A stretch of DNA of 64,000 nt from an uncultured virus (IMG/VR IMGVR_UViG_3300048836_000452) (IMGVR_UViG_3300048836_000452); one strand, 5' to 3'; numbered from the stretch's first letter, positions 54,101-63,585 are shown. The notes: generated from the letters alone by a model not told the origin. Made by a program: numbers and translations.

Positions 54101-57100
54101 ACTACAACGTCCAGACCCGGGCTGAGGCCATCACGCAGGCCGCCGAGATGATGGGCATGATCGACTACGTCCGCCCGTTCCGGGGCCTGGACCAGCAGCA
54201 GAAGGACATCGTTGATGCAACCCTTGACACCTTCAGGCCAAGGCTCGAACGGATTAAGGCAGGTCTTGCGAGTGGACCACGACCGGATGGAGGAGCAGGA
54301 GCTTCGCAAGCTGGCCGGGAGCGGCGATCCCCTAGCCTCCGAAGAGCTGTCGATGCGGAAGAGGGAGCGAGCGAAACGGATGACATCGAGCAAGACGAAC
54401 TCTCCGATCTCCTCGACGATCCCTACGACGTCCGCCACTCCGCCCGAACAGACCGTAGACCTTCCGTCAGTCCCGAGCGACTGAGGGATCTGGCCACCTC
54501 GGTTCACGCCGAGCTTCTGCGCGACGCCAATGCCAGCAGGCACCGGAAATCGCCGCTTGTCGCGGCGGTCCGGGACGGCAAGGTGACTGTCGATCAGATC
54601 GAAGCAGGCATCAAGGCGTGGGTAGAGAACGACGGCTACAAGCGGATGCATGCCCTCGGCGATGTCGTCCGCAGGATGTTCCCCGACCATGTCATCGGTC
54701 CTGATGACTTCGTCGTGGACAAGCGGAACAAGGTCGGCCAGGCGCGTTACGGCACGAAATACAATCGGCTTCTCGACAATGCCATCGAGCCTCACAAGAT
54801 AGCGCTCGAGCTGGCCGAGAAGGTTTACGTTGGCAAGGCTGGCTACATCGACAGCCGGATGATCTGGGTCCGGAACAAGTCAGGCCTGAGGTTCAAGAGC
54901 GGCCTCGTCGTCGTCAGTGACCGGTTGAAGAACAGCCTCGAATTCACCAGCCCGCCGCACACCCGGTTCGATCCACCCTGGCCGGCTGACAACGTGTCGA
55001 AGATCAAGCGCGATGTGCGCGGAAACGCCTTCACCGACGACGCTCTTGAGCCAGCGCGCCGCACGGCGCGCTATCTGCAGGGCAACCGGTACACGCTCGA
55101 TGCGGACCGTATCGCCAAACTGACCTCTGACGACATGATCTCGAAGAAGGGTCTTGCGGCCGATGGCCTCAAGAAGTCCGACATCGAGCTGTATCGCAAG
55201 CTTACCCGCACGCCGCGGGCTCAGTGGACCGACGTCGAGGCGAAGTTCATGGCCCGGCAGGGAGACAGCATCGGCGAGAAGATCGTCATCGCCGAGAACA
55301 AGCTCAAGCAGCTGCGCCGTGCCTATGAGACCTTCAAGGAGCAGCACGGGCCCGACGCGGAGACCGGCTTCCTCTACCAGGTGGACAATCGCGGTCGCAT
55401 CTATGCGGATGGCCAGTTCAACCCGCAGGGTGGCTCTGCGATCAAGGCAATCTTCAAGCATAAGGGTGTATCCCTGGCCGACATGACCGAGGTCGATGCT
55501 TCGGCTTCGGGCTGGCAGATCAACGCGCTGATGGCCCGTGACCACATTGCGGCGCCCGAGATCAACCTGGGCCGTGGCCAGGCAAGCGTGCCGGACGGGG
55601 TGAAGTCTGACCTCTACACCAACACGATCGCCAAGGTGGTGGAGCAGATCAGAGCTGACGCCGCGGTGGACGTGAAGTCTCTCCCGATCAGCCAGAGGTC
55701 TGATGCCCTGCGCCGCCAGCGCCTCGCCAAGGCCTTTATCAAGGCCGGCCTTGGTCCAGATGGGAAGCTGAACCGGGACGCCATCAAGGCTTCGGTGATT
55801 GCCGTAAACTACGGCGGGACGCGGGCGAATTTCTCCAAGAACCTTCGCAAGGTGTTTGACGCCGACATGGATGCCTTCCGGGATGTTCAGGGCGACCAGC
55901 CTTGGTCCTACATCGGCAATCTGGCGTTCGAGAGCCTGAGAGCGACGGCCCCGCATTCGCTGGCCTTGCAGGAGTGGACGACCTCTTCGATCTCCAAGCT
56001 GGCCGAGGCTGTCGAGAAGAAGTATCCGCCCGGCGAGATGCCACCGCTGGTGTTCTCCGTGGGCCTCGAGGGCAAGGTCAAGGTCAAGAAGAAGAAGACC
56101 AAGGAGGCCGAAGCTGCCATTCGTGGTCGCACGGCGACGACTTTTGCCCGGGATGCAAACGGAGCTTACGTCCTTGACGAGGCTGGTGAGCGGGTTGTCG
56201 TGAACAACACGCGCGAGGACGTGGTCAATTACAAGCAGCGCATCGACATCCTTGAGGTGGATGCCGACAAGATCGGCCGGGCGGTATGGGCGAACATCGT
56301 GCAGGGCTTTGATGCCTCTGTCCTGCACCGGGCGGTCGAGCGGTACAAGCAGATGACCGATGGCGCTTATATCACCACGAACCACGACAGCTTTACCGTT
56401 CCTCCGGAGCATGAAGGCGCGATTGCGGCTTCGGTCCGCGAGAGCATGAGGGCGATCATGGAGCAGGTAGATGCGCCGGCGCGCATCTACCAAGAGATCA
56501 TGGACCAGGCCGCAGAGCATGGGGTCGAGATCGACGTTCAGCCCTTCAGCAACATGGGCCAGTACAACATGGACGACCTAATGACCTCGACGCCGGTTTT
56601 CGGCGAAGGGGCCAAGGGCAAGGACTACATTCCCGACTACGCCGAGATCCCGGAAGATGCTCCGACCTTGCGCCGCGCAGTCGATCCAGAGGTTCCGGCG
56701 GGCGGTGGGGGTGCCACCACCGTCGGATCGCCCCCTGCCCGCGTCCCGGTTCGCGAGCAGGGGGCCTCGGATATTTCCGATCTGTCGCCAAGTCTGCGGC
56801 GGGCTGTCGATGTCGCTGATTATATGGCTTCGCTTCCTGAAACCTCATCCGTTCTGGCCAAGGTGCAGGCGGCTGCGGCTTCGCCGCAGGTAGCCAATCG
56901 CAACCTGATGCAGATCCTCGAAGATACGGTCTTCAACTCGTTCGCTCCGATCCGGCGCCTCGAGATCGGCCTCAAGGGCAAGCTGCCCGACGGGGCTGAA
57001 AGCGCGTTCAAGGCCGCCGAGATGGCCGTCAACGACAGCGGGCGGCAGGAGGCGCTGCTCTACTATGGCGCGGCCAAGTTCGGTCAGCATGGCGAATATG

Positions 57101-59439
57101 CTGTTGCCCCCGGGACGATGGGTCTGAAGGACATCTTCAAGCTTGCCGGCGGTGACGGTGCTGACCGTGGGCAGCGCCTGCAGGACTGGATGCAGTGGAT
57201 GGTCGCGCGCAGGGCGCAGGATCTGGCGGCGCGCGGGATCAAGACGCCGCTCACACCGCAAGACATTCAGACCGCGCTAGCCAAGGGGGCGAATATCCCT
57301 GAGTTCCAGCAGGCGGCGGATGCCTGGAAGAAGTTCAACGACGCCAACCTCGACTTCCTCGAGCAGTCTGGCCGCATCAACGCAGCGCAGAAGGCTGCGA
57401 TGCAGGCCGATGACTTCTATGTCCCCTTCTACCGGTCGGACGAGCGTGTTGACGGCACCTCGCCCGAGCTGGTCCTGCCTGGCTACAGGCCCGGCACGAT
57501 CCAGGCGGGCATCCTGAGCCGCAATCCCGGGATCAAGGCGATCAAGGGCGGGGACAAGCTCCGCATCGACAACTTGATGCAGAACATGATCCGCAACAGC
57601 CAGGCCATGGTGGGCGCGGCTATGCGGAACAAGGCGGCCAACCAGACCTTCGACCTGATGACGCAGGCCGGCATGGCGAGGGTCGAGCCGATCAGCGCTT
57701 CCAAGCCCGATCCGAATGCGGTTCGGATATGGAAAAACGGGGTTGAGAGCTGGATCATCCCCGAAGGGCGCGAGGCTTACCCCCTGATGACAGCGCTGGC
57801 TGGCATGCAGCCCGTTCAGATGAACGCAGCTATTCAGCTGATGGCTGATATTGCCAGCATCTTCCGGCAGGGCATCACGCTCACGCCACCGTTCATGATC
57901 CGCAACGCCATTCGTGGCGCGGTGTCGTCGGGCATCATGACGACCGGCGCGAACCTGACCCTGACCAACAACACGATCACCGGCTTCCGGGAGGCTTACA
58001 ACAACGGGCAGGCGGCGCAGGCGTTCAAGGCGCAAGCGGGGATGGGGGACTACCGGTTCGGCAACACGGATGCCGGCTTCGGGAAGGACGACATCCTGAT
58101 CGAGTTCGGCCTTCTGCCAAAGACGATGGGGTCTCGTTTCCGCAAGTTCATGGAGAAGATGGAGCACGTCGGTTCCGCGACGGAACTCGCTGACCGCATC
58201 GCGGCCCGCGAGACCATGATCGCCAATGGCATGCGGCCAGATGAGGCGTCCTATCAGGCCCTCACGATCATGAACTACAGCCGGAAGGGCAACAGCCAGG
58301 CGCTGCGCGCCTGGCTGCCGCTGGTCCCGTTCTTCAACGCCCGCTTGCAGGGCTTCTCCCGCATGGCGGAGGGGGCTGTGGGCAAGCGCGGGATGGCGGG
58401 TCGCAAGCAGGCTCTGATGCAGATGGCCTTGAACGGCTTGGTCCTCTCGATCATCTCGGGGGCGATCTGGGCCTGGAATTCCGACGACGAGGAGCGCAGG
58501 GAGAAGTACAAGGACGAGCCGCTCTACCGGCGCCTGAACTATCACATCGTGTACTTTGGCGACACCGCGCTCTACATCCCAAAGGCATTCGAGCTTGGCC
58601 ACGTCTTCTCCTCGATCCCCGAGTTGTTCGCGGATGCCTTCATCAAGGGAGACATGAACGAGATCGGCGCTGGCCTGCGAAAGATCGCAACCGACACGGT
58701 GACGATGAACATGATCCCAGCGGCAGCCCTGCCCATCATCGAGGGGCTGACCAACTACAGCTTCTTCCGTCAGGCTGAGCTTGAAGGGATGCGGGAAAGC
58801 GCCATGAGGCCATCCGACAGGACGTCAGGGGCATCAGCCCTGACACGCCTGGTCGGGCGCGACATGGGGATCAGCGATCTGACGGGCATCTCGCCCACCA
58901 TGATCGAGCACTGGGCCTCCAGCTACGGCGGGATCTACTACGTCATGCTGTCTACGGCGATCGACAGCGTAGCGTCGGACCTTGGCCTCATGCCGGTCCG
59001 CCCCGGCGGGGCTTTTGGTGACACTCCGGTCCTGTCGCCGGTCCTTAACCGAGCCTTCGGCTCCTTCCTTAGGGACAGTTCGACCACCACCACGAAGTGG
59101 GTCGAGGAGTTCTACCGGACCAAGGACTGGATTACCCAGATCCACAGGTCTGCTACCGCCGCCGAAGGTGCGGGGGACATCGAGTATTCCAACAGGCTCT
59201 TGGCTGCCGCTCCCGGGCGACCAGCGGCGTACAAGCTTGTCAACAAAGCGGGGACGGACCTGAGCGAGATCAACGCTGAGCTGCGGAAGATCAGGGATGA
59301 CCGGTCGATGAGCCGTGAAGAGAAGCGCAGGCGCGAGACTGAATTGATCCAGAGGCGGAATGCGATCACAAAGAACGTCATGCGGACGATCCGGGACATT
59401 GAGGATAGGCAGGGGGCAACCTTCAGGTCGGTTCAGTGA
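51196..59439 (+). CDS. 2747-aa virion polyvalent protein: N-terminal ejection region, JAB-like domain, T7-like RNA polymerase, LPD38-like C-terminus
   Basis: DNRGRIY..FNPQG (aa ~1397), DASASGWQ (D1434), R1527-x3-K-x7-YG, NIVQGFDAS, HDSF (D1731); HTHP..FS..D; C-terminal PFFNARLQG / YIPKAFELG. Confidence 0.85.
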   Translation: MDQAGLGYPAAPAGVGLNEAPAVTMGDRNRAFVENRKMGMSVVDAARAAGMAVAPPPPPVAASPAPVDDPSMLDLVPGAIRSTAANTLKGLAEIGTRLTGDDEIADQGAEWAEAIGPTESQIALSNEMREDRQATYEEDQNGVKRLAGDVGQALTESAPQLGLSIGSGLAARQGYRTSIKAISKLLPGRLGRVAEAVSESAFGKNAFTTAGAAAPNLALSYEDGIQKALDQGLDPSDPEVRDRIDQSSVARTVFETFTPFAILRKIGTQAHVARTVKGALAREVPKTGLIEGSSEVVDMAIQEVMLDEELRSKLSDEDKTALLPYAADRYGYDAAVAALSGAAAGGAFDAPGVSMQQSLTNRRLAEDARKAATVLEPMGMSAADLEDLTKTPEGTKKLREAVEQLGSVEAARARHFRKIDEMGAEEDTVAELKAQVNRQLDERVDKIAKAVGAPKSLEDVRRERTSWEKERQRTAADRLVRRGLKPKKDLPPEVGEEVANALDQAEGEVDRLQTRLDATANAERRAGTQAELDAALSTRRQARIDARMKVEGLTSAQAVRAVEQEGKQTEAERRLEAQRGARERAIERQTEIEFPETMAPALRAQRAQEVIAEAEADVRPDAGLDGKIKRLERQRRAATSPEDVDRLTDEIADLEARRGLPTPAVEAARRVLQAQGVAVPQRGEASGPTAQPAEAEGLQPEAEASGPVGAAAPAGPRNTEVDGDLVTNLKRGGDNAPPLSDTTRPARARRLYKRLVDRGVPADDAAKQAAELTAPVPEPSPQPDGKGFLGRLLSPLPTPAQQGIVLDALERARSYVRPNGTLFEAYAYEDLAGRFRAARTVDEVYDMMGDISDARYAEVSVVMTPDGQIVTAGTNNNPNSVIVMVPNDAFERGLIDIHTHPVPSAFSMQDLYSTMGSGLTSRLVLTDGQVLEIRPLVADGEHLNEAKEMLREVSRAIIDASPSRGPTGYYNVQTRAEAITQAAEMMGMIDYVRPFRGLDQQQKDIVDATLDTFRPRLERIKAGLASGPRPDGGAGASQAGRERRSPSLRRAVDAEEGASETDDIEQDELSDLLDDPYDVRHSARTDRRPSVSPERLRDLATSVHAELLRDANASRHRKSPLVAAVRDGKVTVDQIEAGIKAWVENDGYKRMHALGDVVRRMFPDHVIGPDDFVVDKRNKVGQARYGTKYNRLLDNAIEPHKIALELAEKVYVGKAGYIDSRMIWVRNKSGLRFKSGLVVVSDRLKNSLEFTSPPHTRFDPPWPADNVSKIKRDVRGNAFTDDALEPARRTARYLQGNRYTLDADRIAKLTSDDMISKKGLAADGLKKSDIELYRKLTRTPRAQWTDVEAKFMARQGDSIGEKIVIAENKLKQLRRAYETFKEQHGPDAETGFLYQVDNRGRIYADGQFNPQGGSAIKAIFKHKGVSLADMTEVDASASGWQINALMARDHIAAPEINLGRGQASVPDGVKSDLYTNTIAKVVEQIRADAAVDVKSLPISQRSDALRRQRLAKAFIKAGLGPDGKLNRDAIKASVIAVNYGGTRANFSKNLRKVFDADMDAFRDVQGDQPWSYIGNLAFESLRATAPHSLALQEWTTSSISKLAEAVEKKYPPGEMPPLVFSVGLEGKVKVKKKKTKEAEAAIRGRTATTFARDANGAYVLDEAGERVVVNNTREDVVNYKQRIDILEVDADKIGRAVWANIVQGFDASVLHRAVERYKQMTDGAYITTNHDSFTVPPEHEGAIAASVRESMRAIMEQVDAPARIYQEIMDQAAEHGVEIDVQPFSNMGQYNMDDLMTSTPVFGEGAKGKDYIPDYAEIPEDAPTLRRAVDPEVPAGGGGATTVGSPPARVPVREQGASDISDLSPSLRRAVDVADYMASLPETSSVLAKVQAAAASPQVANRNLMQILEDTVFNSFAPIRRLEIGLKGKLPDGAESAFKAAEMAVNDSGRQEALLYYGAAKFGQHGEYAVAPGTMGLKDIFKLAGGDGADRGQRLQDWMQWMVARRAQDLAARGIKTPLTPQDIQTALAKGANIPEFQQAADAWKKFNDANLDFLEQSGRINAAQKAAMQADDFYVPFYRSDERVDGTSPELVLPGYRPGTIQAGILSRNPGIKAIKGGDKLRIDNLMQNMIRNSQAMVGAAMRNKAANQTFDLMTQAGMARVEPISASKPDPNAVRIWKNGVESWIIPEGREAYPLMTALAGMQPVQMNAAIQLMADIASIFRQGITLTPPFMIRNAIRGAVSSGIMTTGANLTLTNNTITGFREAYNNGQAAQAFKAQAGMGDYRFGNTDAGFGKDDILIEFGLLPKTMGSRFRKFMEKMEHVGSATELADRIAARETMIANGMRPDEASYQALTIMNYSRKGNSQALRAWLPLVPFFNARLQGFSRMAEGAVGKRGMAGRKQALMQMALNGLVLSIISGAIWAWNSDDEERREKYKDEPLYRRLNYHIVYFGDTALYIPKAFELGHVFSSIPELFADAFIKGDMNEIGAGLRKIATDTVTMNMIPAAALPIIEGLTNYSFFRQAELEGMRESAMRPSDRTSGASALTRLVGRDMGISDLTGISPTMIEHWASSYGGIYYVMLSTAIDSVASDLGLMPVRPGGAFGDTPVLSPVLNRAFGSFLRDSSTTTTKWVEEFYRTKDWITQIHRSATAAEGAGDIEYSNRLLAAAPGRPAAYKLVNKAGTDLSEINAELRKIRDDRSMSREEKRRRETELIQRRNAITKNVMRTIRDIEDRQGATFRSVQ

Positions 59440-60386
59440 GACCTATCCTCTCCACCGAAATTGCGGAGATCAGGCGGCTCATCGAGAAGCAGCGGCTTGC
59501 CAACTTCGACATCCTGAGCAGGATCGAGCGCATCCCTGCGCCGCTCGAGTTCGGCCAGGCCATCCTCGGGGCCAAGTTCGACGCCTGGCAGCGCCGCTAT
59601 ATGGAGGAGTGCCGGCACCGCGGCCGCATTGCCCTGGCGGCATGCCGGCAGTCGGGAAAGTCCACTGTCACCGCAATGTTCGTGGCCTGGTGCCTGGTCT
59701 TCATTCCGGGCTTCCAGTGCCTCGTGGCGTCCCGCTCCCTGCGTCAGGCATCCCACTACCTGAACGCTGTCCGGAACGCTGTCCTCTCGGTCATCCCGCG
59801 TGAGGCAATGCCGCAGCTTAACCGGCTGAGCATGGAGCTTCCGAACGGAAGCCAGATCATCTCGATCCCCTGCGCGCAGCCGGACGCGGGCCGGGGCTTC
59901 TCGCCCCACCTGATCATCCTGGACGAGGCCGCGTTCGCGCCGGAGGCGCTCTTTCGGGCCATCACACCGTCGCTGGCGGCGACGGACGGGGCGCTGCACA
60001 TGCTGTCCTCGCCGAATGGTCGGCAGGGCTACTTCTTCGAGGCCTTCGAGGGTGAGGCGCAGAGCGTCTTCATGTCGCTGAAGGTGCCTTACACCGAGTG
60101 CCCCCGCATCTCCGAAGAGACGATCCGAAACGAGAAGATCGCGCTGGGCGACCTCTACTTCCGGCAGGAATACGGGGCTGAGTTCATCACCCCGCACGGT
60201 GCGTTCTTCGGCTTCTCCGCGATCCAGAACCTCGAGGAGGGAGAGGACCCTGACCTGACCGATCTGGAACTGCTGGACATGGACAAGATCCTCGAGAAGA
60301 TCATGCCCATCCCGGAGCCGAGGAAGGAGGACCTTGCCGTCGCGCTGGACCGGGCCGAGAGGGTTAAACAGGTGCTTTATGAATGA
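59436..60386 (+). CDS. terL: Terminase large subunit, ATPase half
   Basis: ACRQSGKST Walker A, LIILDEAAF Walker B, LSSPNG, FRQEYGAEF. Confidence 0.85.
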   Translation: MRPILSTEIAEIRRLIEKQRLANFDILSRIERIPAPLEFGQAILGAKFDAWQRRYMEECRHRGRIALAACRQSGKSTVTAMFVAWCLVFIPGFQCLVASRSLRQASHYLNAVRNAVLSVIPREAMPQLNRLSMELPNGSQIISIPCAQPDAGRGFSPHLIILDEAAFAPEALFRAITPSLAATDGALHMLSSPNGRQGYFFEAFEGEAQSVFMSLKVPYTECPRISEETIRNEKIALGDLYFRQEYGAEFITPHGAFFGFSAIQNLEEGEDPDLTDLELLDMDKILEKIMPIPEPRKEDLAVALDRAERVKQVLYE

Positions 60387-61098
60387 GGTTCCGCAGTTCA
60401 ACCGCATCCTCGACTGGAAGAAGCGCGGCTACCACCTGCGGACGCCGCCGCTGATCCTGGTCGGCTACGACCCCGCGGGCGACGGTCAGGACCGGGACGC
60501 CCTGACAATGACCGCGAGGGAGGAGCACCAGAAGGGCGAGCCCTACGATCCGGACTTCTCGGTCATGATGCTCTACCGGTGCCTGATGGCACATGAGATG
60601 GCGCCGGACCTCGAGTTCCCTGACAAGCTTGCGATGCTGCTGCGGCTGCACCGGCAGCTCAAGGGCTGGGCCCGCTCCGGGCGGGCGGCCAACCACGTCT
60701 TCACCGTGGAGACGAACGGGGTTGGCTACGCCATGGGGTCGGCCCTGCGGGCCAACATCGGCAACAACGTCATCTGCTACACCACGGTCGGCACCAGCGG
60801 GTCCGACCCCTATACCGACAAGAAGCTGGCCATGCCCAGGCTTGCGGCGCTCGACAACCTGCGTGTGCTGGCCGAGACGCACTCCCTGAAGCTGGCCAAG
60901 GATGCGCCGGGCCGCGATGCCCTGACCCGCCAGATGGCTTCCTTCGTCTGGCGCAGGCCGGGACGGCCGGAAGCGATCGAGGGCCAGCACGACGACCTGG
61001 TGCTGTCTCTGGCGGGGGCCTGCTGGATTGGGTCGAAGGTCATTCCGCCCATCCTCAAGCAGATCCCGGTGCGCGTCACCGGCATGCGGAGGCACTGA
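60379..61098 (+). CDS. terL: Terminase large subunit, RNase H-like nuclease half
   Basis: LVGYDPAGDGQD, VETNGVG, HDDLVLSLA; own ATG at 60379. Confidence 0.8.
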   Translation: MNEVPQFNRILDWKKRGYHLRTPPLILVGYDPAGDGQDRDALTMTAREEHQKGEPYDPDFSVMMLYRCLMAHEMAPDLEFPDKLAMLLRLHRQLKGWARSGRAANHVFTVETNGVGYAMGSALRANIGNNVICYTTVGTSGSDPYTDKKLAMPRLAALDNLRVLAETHSLKLAKDAPGRDALTRQMASFVWRRPGRPEAIEGQHDDLVLSLAGACWIGSKVIPPILKQIPVRVTGMRRH

Positions 61099-61164
61099 AA
61101 GTGCGGGGTCTAGCGAAAATCCGTGACTTCCGTATGATGGGGCGACCAGCGACAGGAGCGGCGC

Positions 61165-63585
61165 ATGGCTGACGGCGATCTCATCTTCACGCGGGACGAG
61201 GACGGTGTGACCTTCGGGCCGCCCGCGCCACCGCCCGCACCTGAGGGGGTGGAGCACTCCGCAAACCTAGCGGCGACCATCGACCAGTCATCGCTTGATG
61301 CCATTGCCGAGAGCCTCACCGAGACCGTCGCCTTCGACCAAGAGGGCACGTCGCCATGGGAGGCCATCGCGACAGACGTGATGGACCACCTGGGCCTCGG
61401 CCCCGATGCGGAAGCGGATGACGGCGCGGACGACACGTCCGACACGTCCAGCCACACGCTCATGCTGACCGCGCTCCTGCGGTTCCAGGCCAAGGCTCTG
61501 TCGGTCATGCTGCCATCCGACGACATGGCTGTCCGGACGAAGCCCGCTTTCGACCTGACGCAGATCGAGGACGACAAGAAGCGCGACGAACTGGCAGAGA
61601 AGATTTCGGAGGCCGAGCGCCGCGTGCAGGCGTTCTACACCGACTACCTCTACCACCGGCTTCCCTCCTACGAGGAGGACACCGACCAAATCCTCCACGA
61701 CATGGGGCTGATGGGCGTCGGCCTTCGCAAGATCGTGGTGGACCGGTCCCGGCAAGGCACGCCGGTCATGCCTGAATACGTCCCGCTGGGCGATCTGATC
61801 GTTTCCTATTCCAGCCGGAATTTCCGTATGGGGCGCTACGCCCACAAGATGGACATGCAGACCGGAGACCTGATCCGAAGGATCCAGACCGGAAACTATC
61901 GAGCCATCAAGCTGACAGACCAGGCTGTCCCTGACAGCACTGCGGTCAGCGATGCGCGGGACCGGATGTTCGGCCTGATGCCAGCCAACCTCATGAACAC
62001 CGAGACGCACCGGATTTACGAGGTCTATACCCACCTCTTCCTTGCGGCCGACCCGCACAAGCTGCGCCTGCCCCGCCCCTACATCGTCACCATTCACTCG
62101 GAAACCCGCGAGGTCTTGGCGATCCAGCGCAACTGGGATCAGTCCGATCCGGACGAGACGCCGCTCGAGCACTTCGTGGGCTACATCTACCACCCGGGCA
62201 AGAACGCAGCGACCGGCATCGGCCTGGGCCAGATCCTGCTGCAGACGACCAAGGCACTCCGCAAGGCGCAGCGCCGCACGCTCGAGGCCGGCTACCTGCA
62301 GAACCACCCCTCCGGGTTCAAGCTCTCGAACCTGTCGATCCGGAACGGCGACACCAAGGTCCGCCCGGGCGAGTTCGTCGACGTGGACAGCCCCACCGGG
62401 GACATTCGGCAGGCGCTGATGATGCACCCGTTCCAGGGGCCATCGCAGGGCCTCATGGCCTTGGCTGGTCAGCTTGAGGCCAACGGGCGCGAGTTGGGCG
62501 GCATCGCCTCGATCGACTTCGCCAGCCTGATGAAGGCGGGCGTTGCTGCCGGTCCGGCCATGGCGGCCTTCGAGGAGAGCAGCGAGTTCCAGACGGCGGT
62601 TCACCGCCGCCTCTACAAGGCGCACCGCAAGGAGCTTGAACTCATCCACGACCGGATGCGGACCGTCATGGGCAACAAGCCCGTGCTGTTCGGGACAGAC
62701 CAGACCCTTGAGCCTGGCGACCTCACCAGCGTCGACATCCTTCCCTACATGCAGCCTGGGCAGGCCTCGCGCCAGAAGGTCATCATGGAGGCGCAGGCGA
62801 TCTGGGATCTGGCCAAGGAAAACCCTGACCTCCTGAACAAGCGCCGCGCCGCAGAAAACTTCGTCCGCGCCCTGGGGTCGCCCGATGCGGACCGACTGGT
62901 CATCCCCGACCCCGAGGAGGAGGAAATCCTGCCGGCAGACCCCATCACCGAGTACACGATGATGCTCGGCGGCAGGCCCGTGAAGGCCGGGCCCATGCAG
63001 AACCACCAGGCCCATATCGACGCGCACAGCGCGCAGATGCGGATGGTCCAGACCTCGGCCCTCCCGGTCGAGCAGGGGGAGGCCGTCATGGCCGGTCTGG
63101 CCGCGCACATCGCCGAGCACATGGGCCTGCAGCTCATGGTCGAGGCCGCAGGCATGGCTGGTATCGACATGGCGCAGATCGGCCCCGAGATGCCTCCGGA
63201 GATCGAGGCGCAGCTTGCGCCCGTGCTGGCGCAGGCCGTCCAGCAGATCGAGGCGATGCGGCGCCCGCCCGATCCGGAGGAAGCGCGGATCCAGACCGCC
63301 CGCGTGGTTGGGGAGAGCCGGGTGGAAGCGACCCGCGTGGCGGCCGAAGGCCGCCTGGCACTGGCTCAGGCCCAAGGGCAGCACGACAAGGAGATGCAGG
63401 ACCTCAAGGCCAAGCACGCCAAGGAACTGCAGGACATCAAGGATGCCGCGGCCCTCGATCGGGAGATTGAAGACAACACGGTCGCCCTGCAGATCGCCAA
63501 GCTCAAGGGCAACAAGGACGCCGTGGCGTCGGCTGGCGCCTCCGCCAGCGGCGGCGCGGTTGCCCGATCGGGAGCCTCCTCCTGA
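61165..63585 (+). CDS. Portal protein
   Basis: 806 aa directly after TerL; helical, RPYIVTI...LAIQRNW, PGEFVDVD. Confidence 0.8.
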   Translation: MADGDLIFTRDEDGVTFGPPAPPPAPEGVEHSANLAATIDQSSLDAIAESLTETVAFDQEGTSPWEAIATDVMDHLGLGPDAEADDGADDTSDTSSHTLMLTALLRFQAKALSVMLPSDDMAVRTKPAFDLTQIEDDKKRDELAEKISEAERRVQAFYTDYLYHRLPSYEEDTDQILHDMGLMGVGLRKIVVDRSRQGTPVMPEYVPLGDLIVSYSSRNFRMGRYAHKMDMQTGDLIRRIQTGNYRAIKLTDQAVPDSTAVSDARDRMFGLMPANLMNTETHRIYEVYTHLFLAADPHKLRLPRPYIVTIHSETREVLAIQRNWDQSDPDETPLEHFVGYIYHPGKNAATGIGLGQILLQTTKALRKAQRRTLEAGYLQNHPSGFKLSNLSIRNGDTKVRPGEFVDVDSPTGDIRQALMMHPFQGPSQGLMALAGQLEANGRELGGIASIDFASLMKAGVAAGPAMAAFEESSEFQTAVHRRLYKAHRKELELIHDRMRTVMGNKPVLFGTDQTLEPGDLTSVDILPYMQPGQASRQKVIMEAQAIWDLAKENPDLLNKRRAAENFVRALGSPDADRLVIPDPEEEEILPADPITEYTMMLGGRPVKAGPMQNHQAHIDAHSAQMRMVQTSALPVEQGEAVMAGLAAHIAEHMGLQLMVEAAGMAGIDMAQIGPEMPPEIEAQLAPVLAQAVQQIEAMRRPPDPEEARIQTARVVGESRVEATRVAAEGRLALAQAQGQHDKEMQDLKAKHAKELQDIKDAAALDREIEDNTVALQIAKLKGNKDAVASAGASASGGAVARSGASS

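Noticed and set aside
61288..63417. 709-aa antisense ORF and similar long shadow ORFs (e.g. 54880-56520, 53308-54795, 2152-3690)
   Set aside because: Antisense to well-supported genes; expected from high-GC codon bias; no motifs
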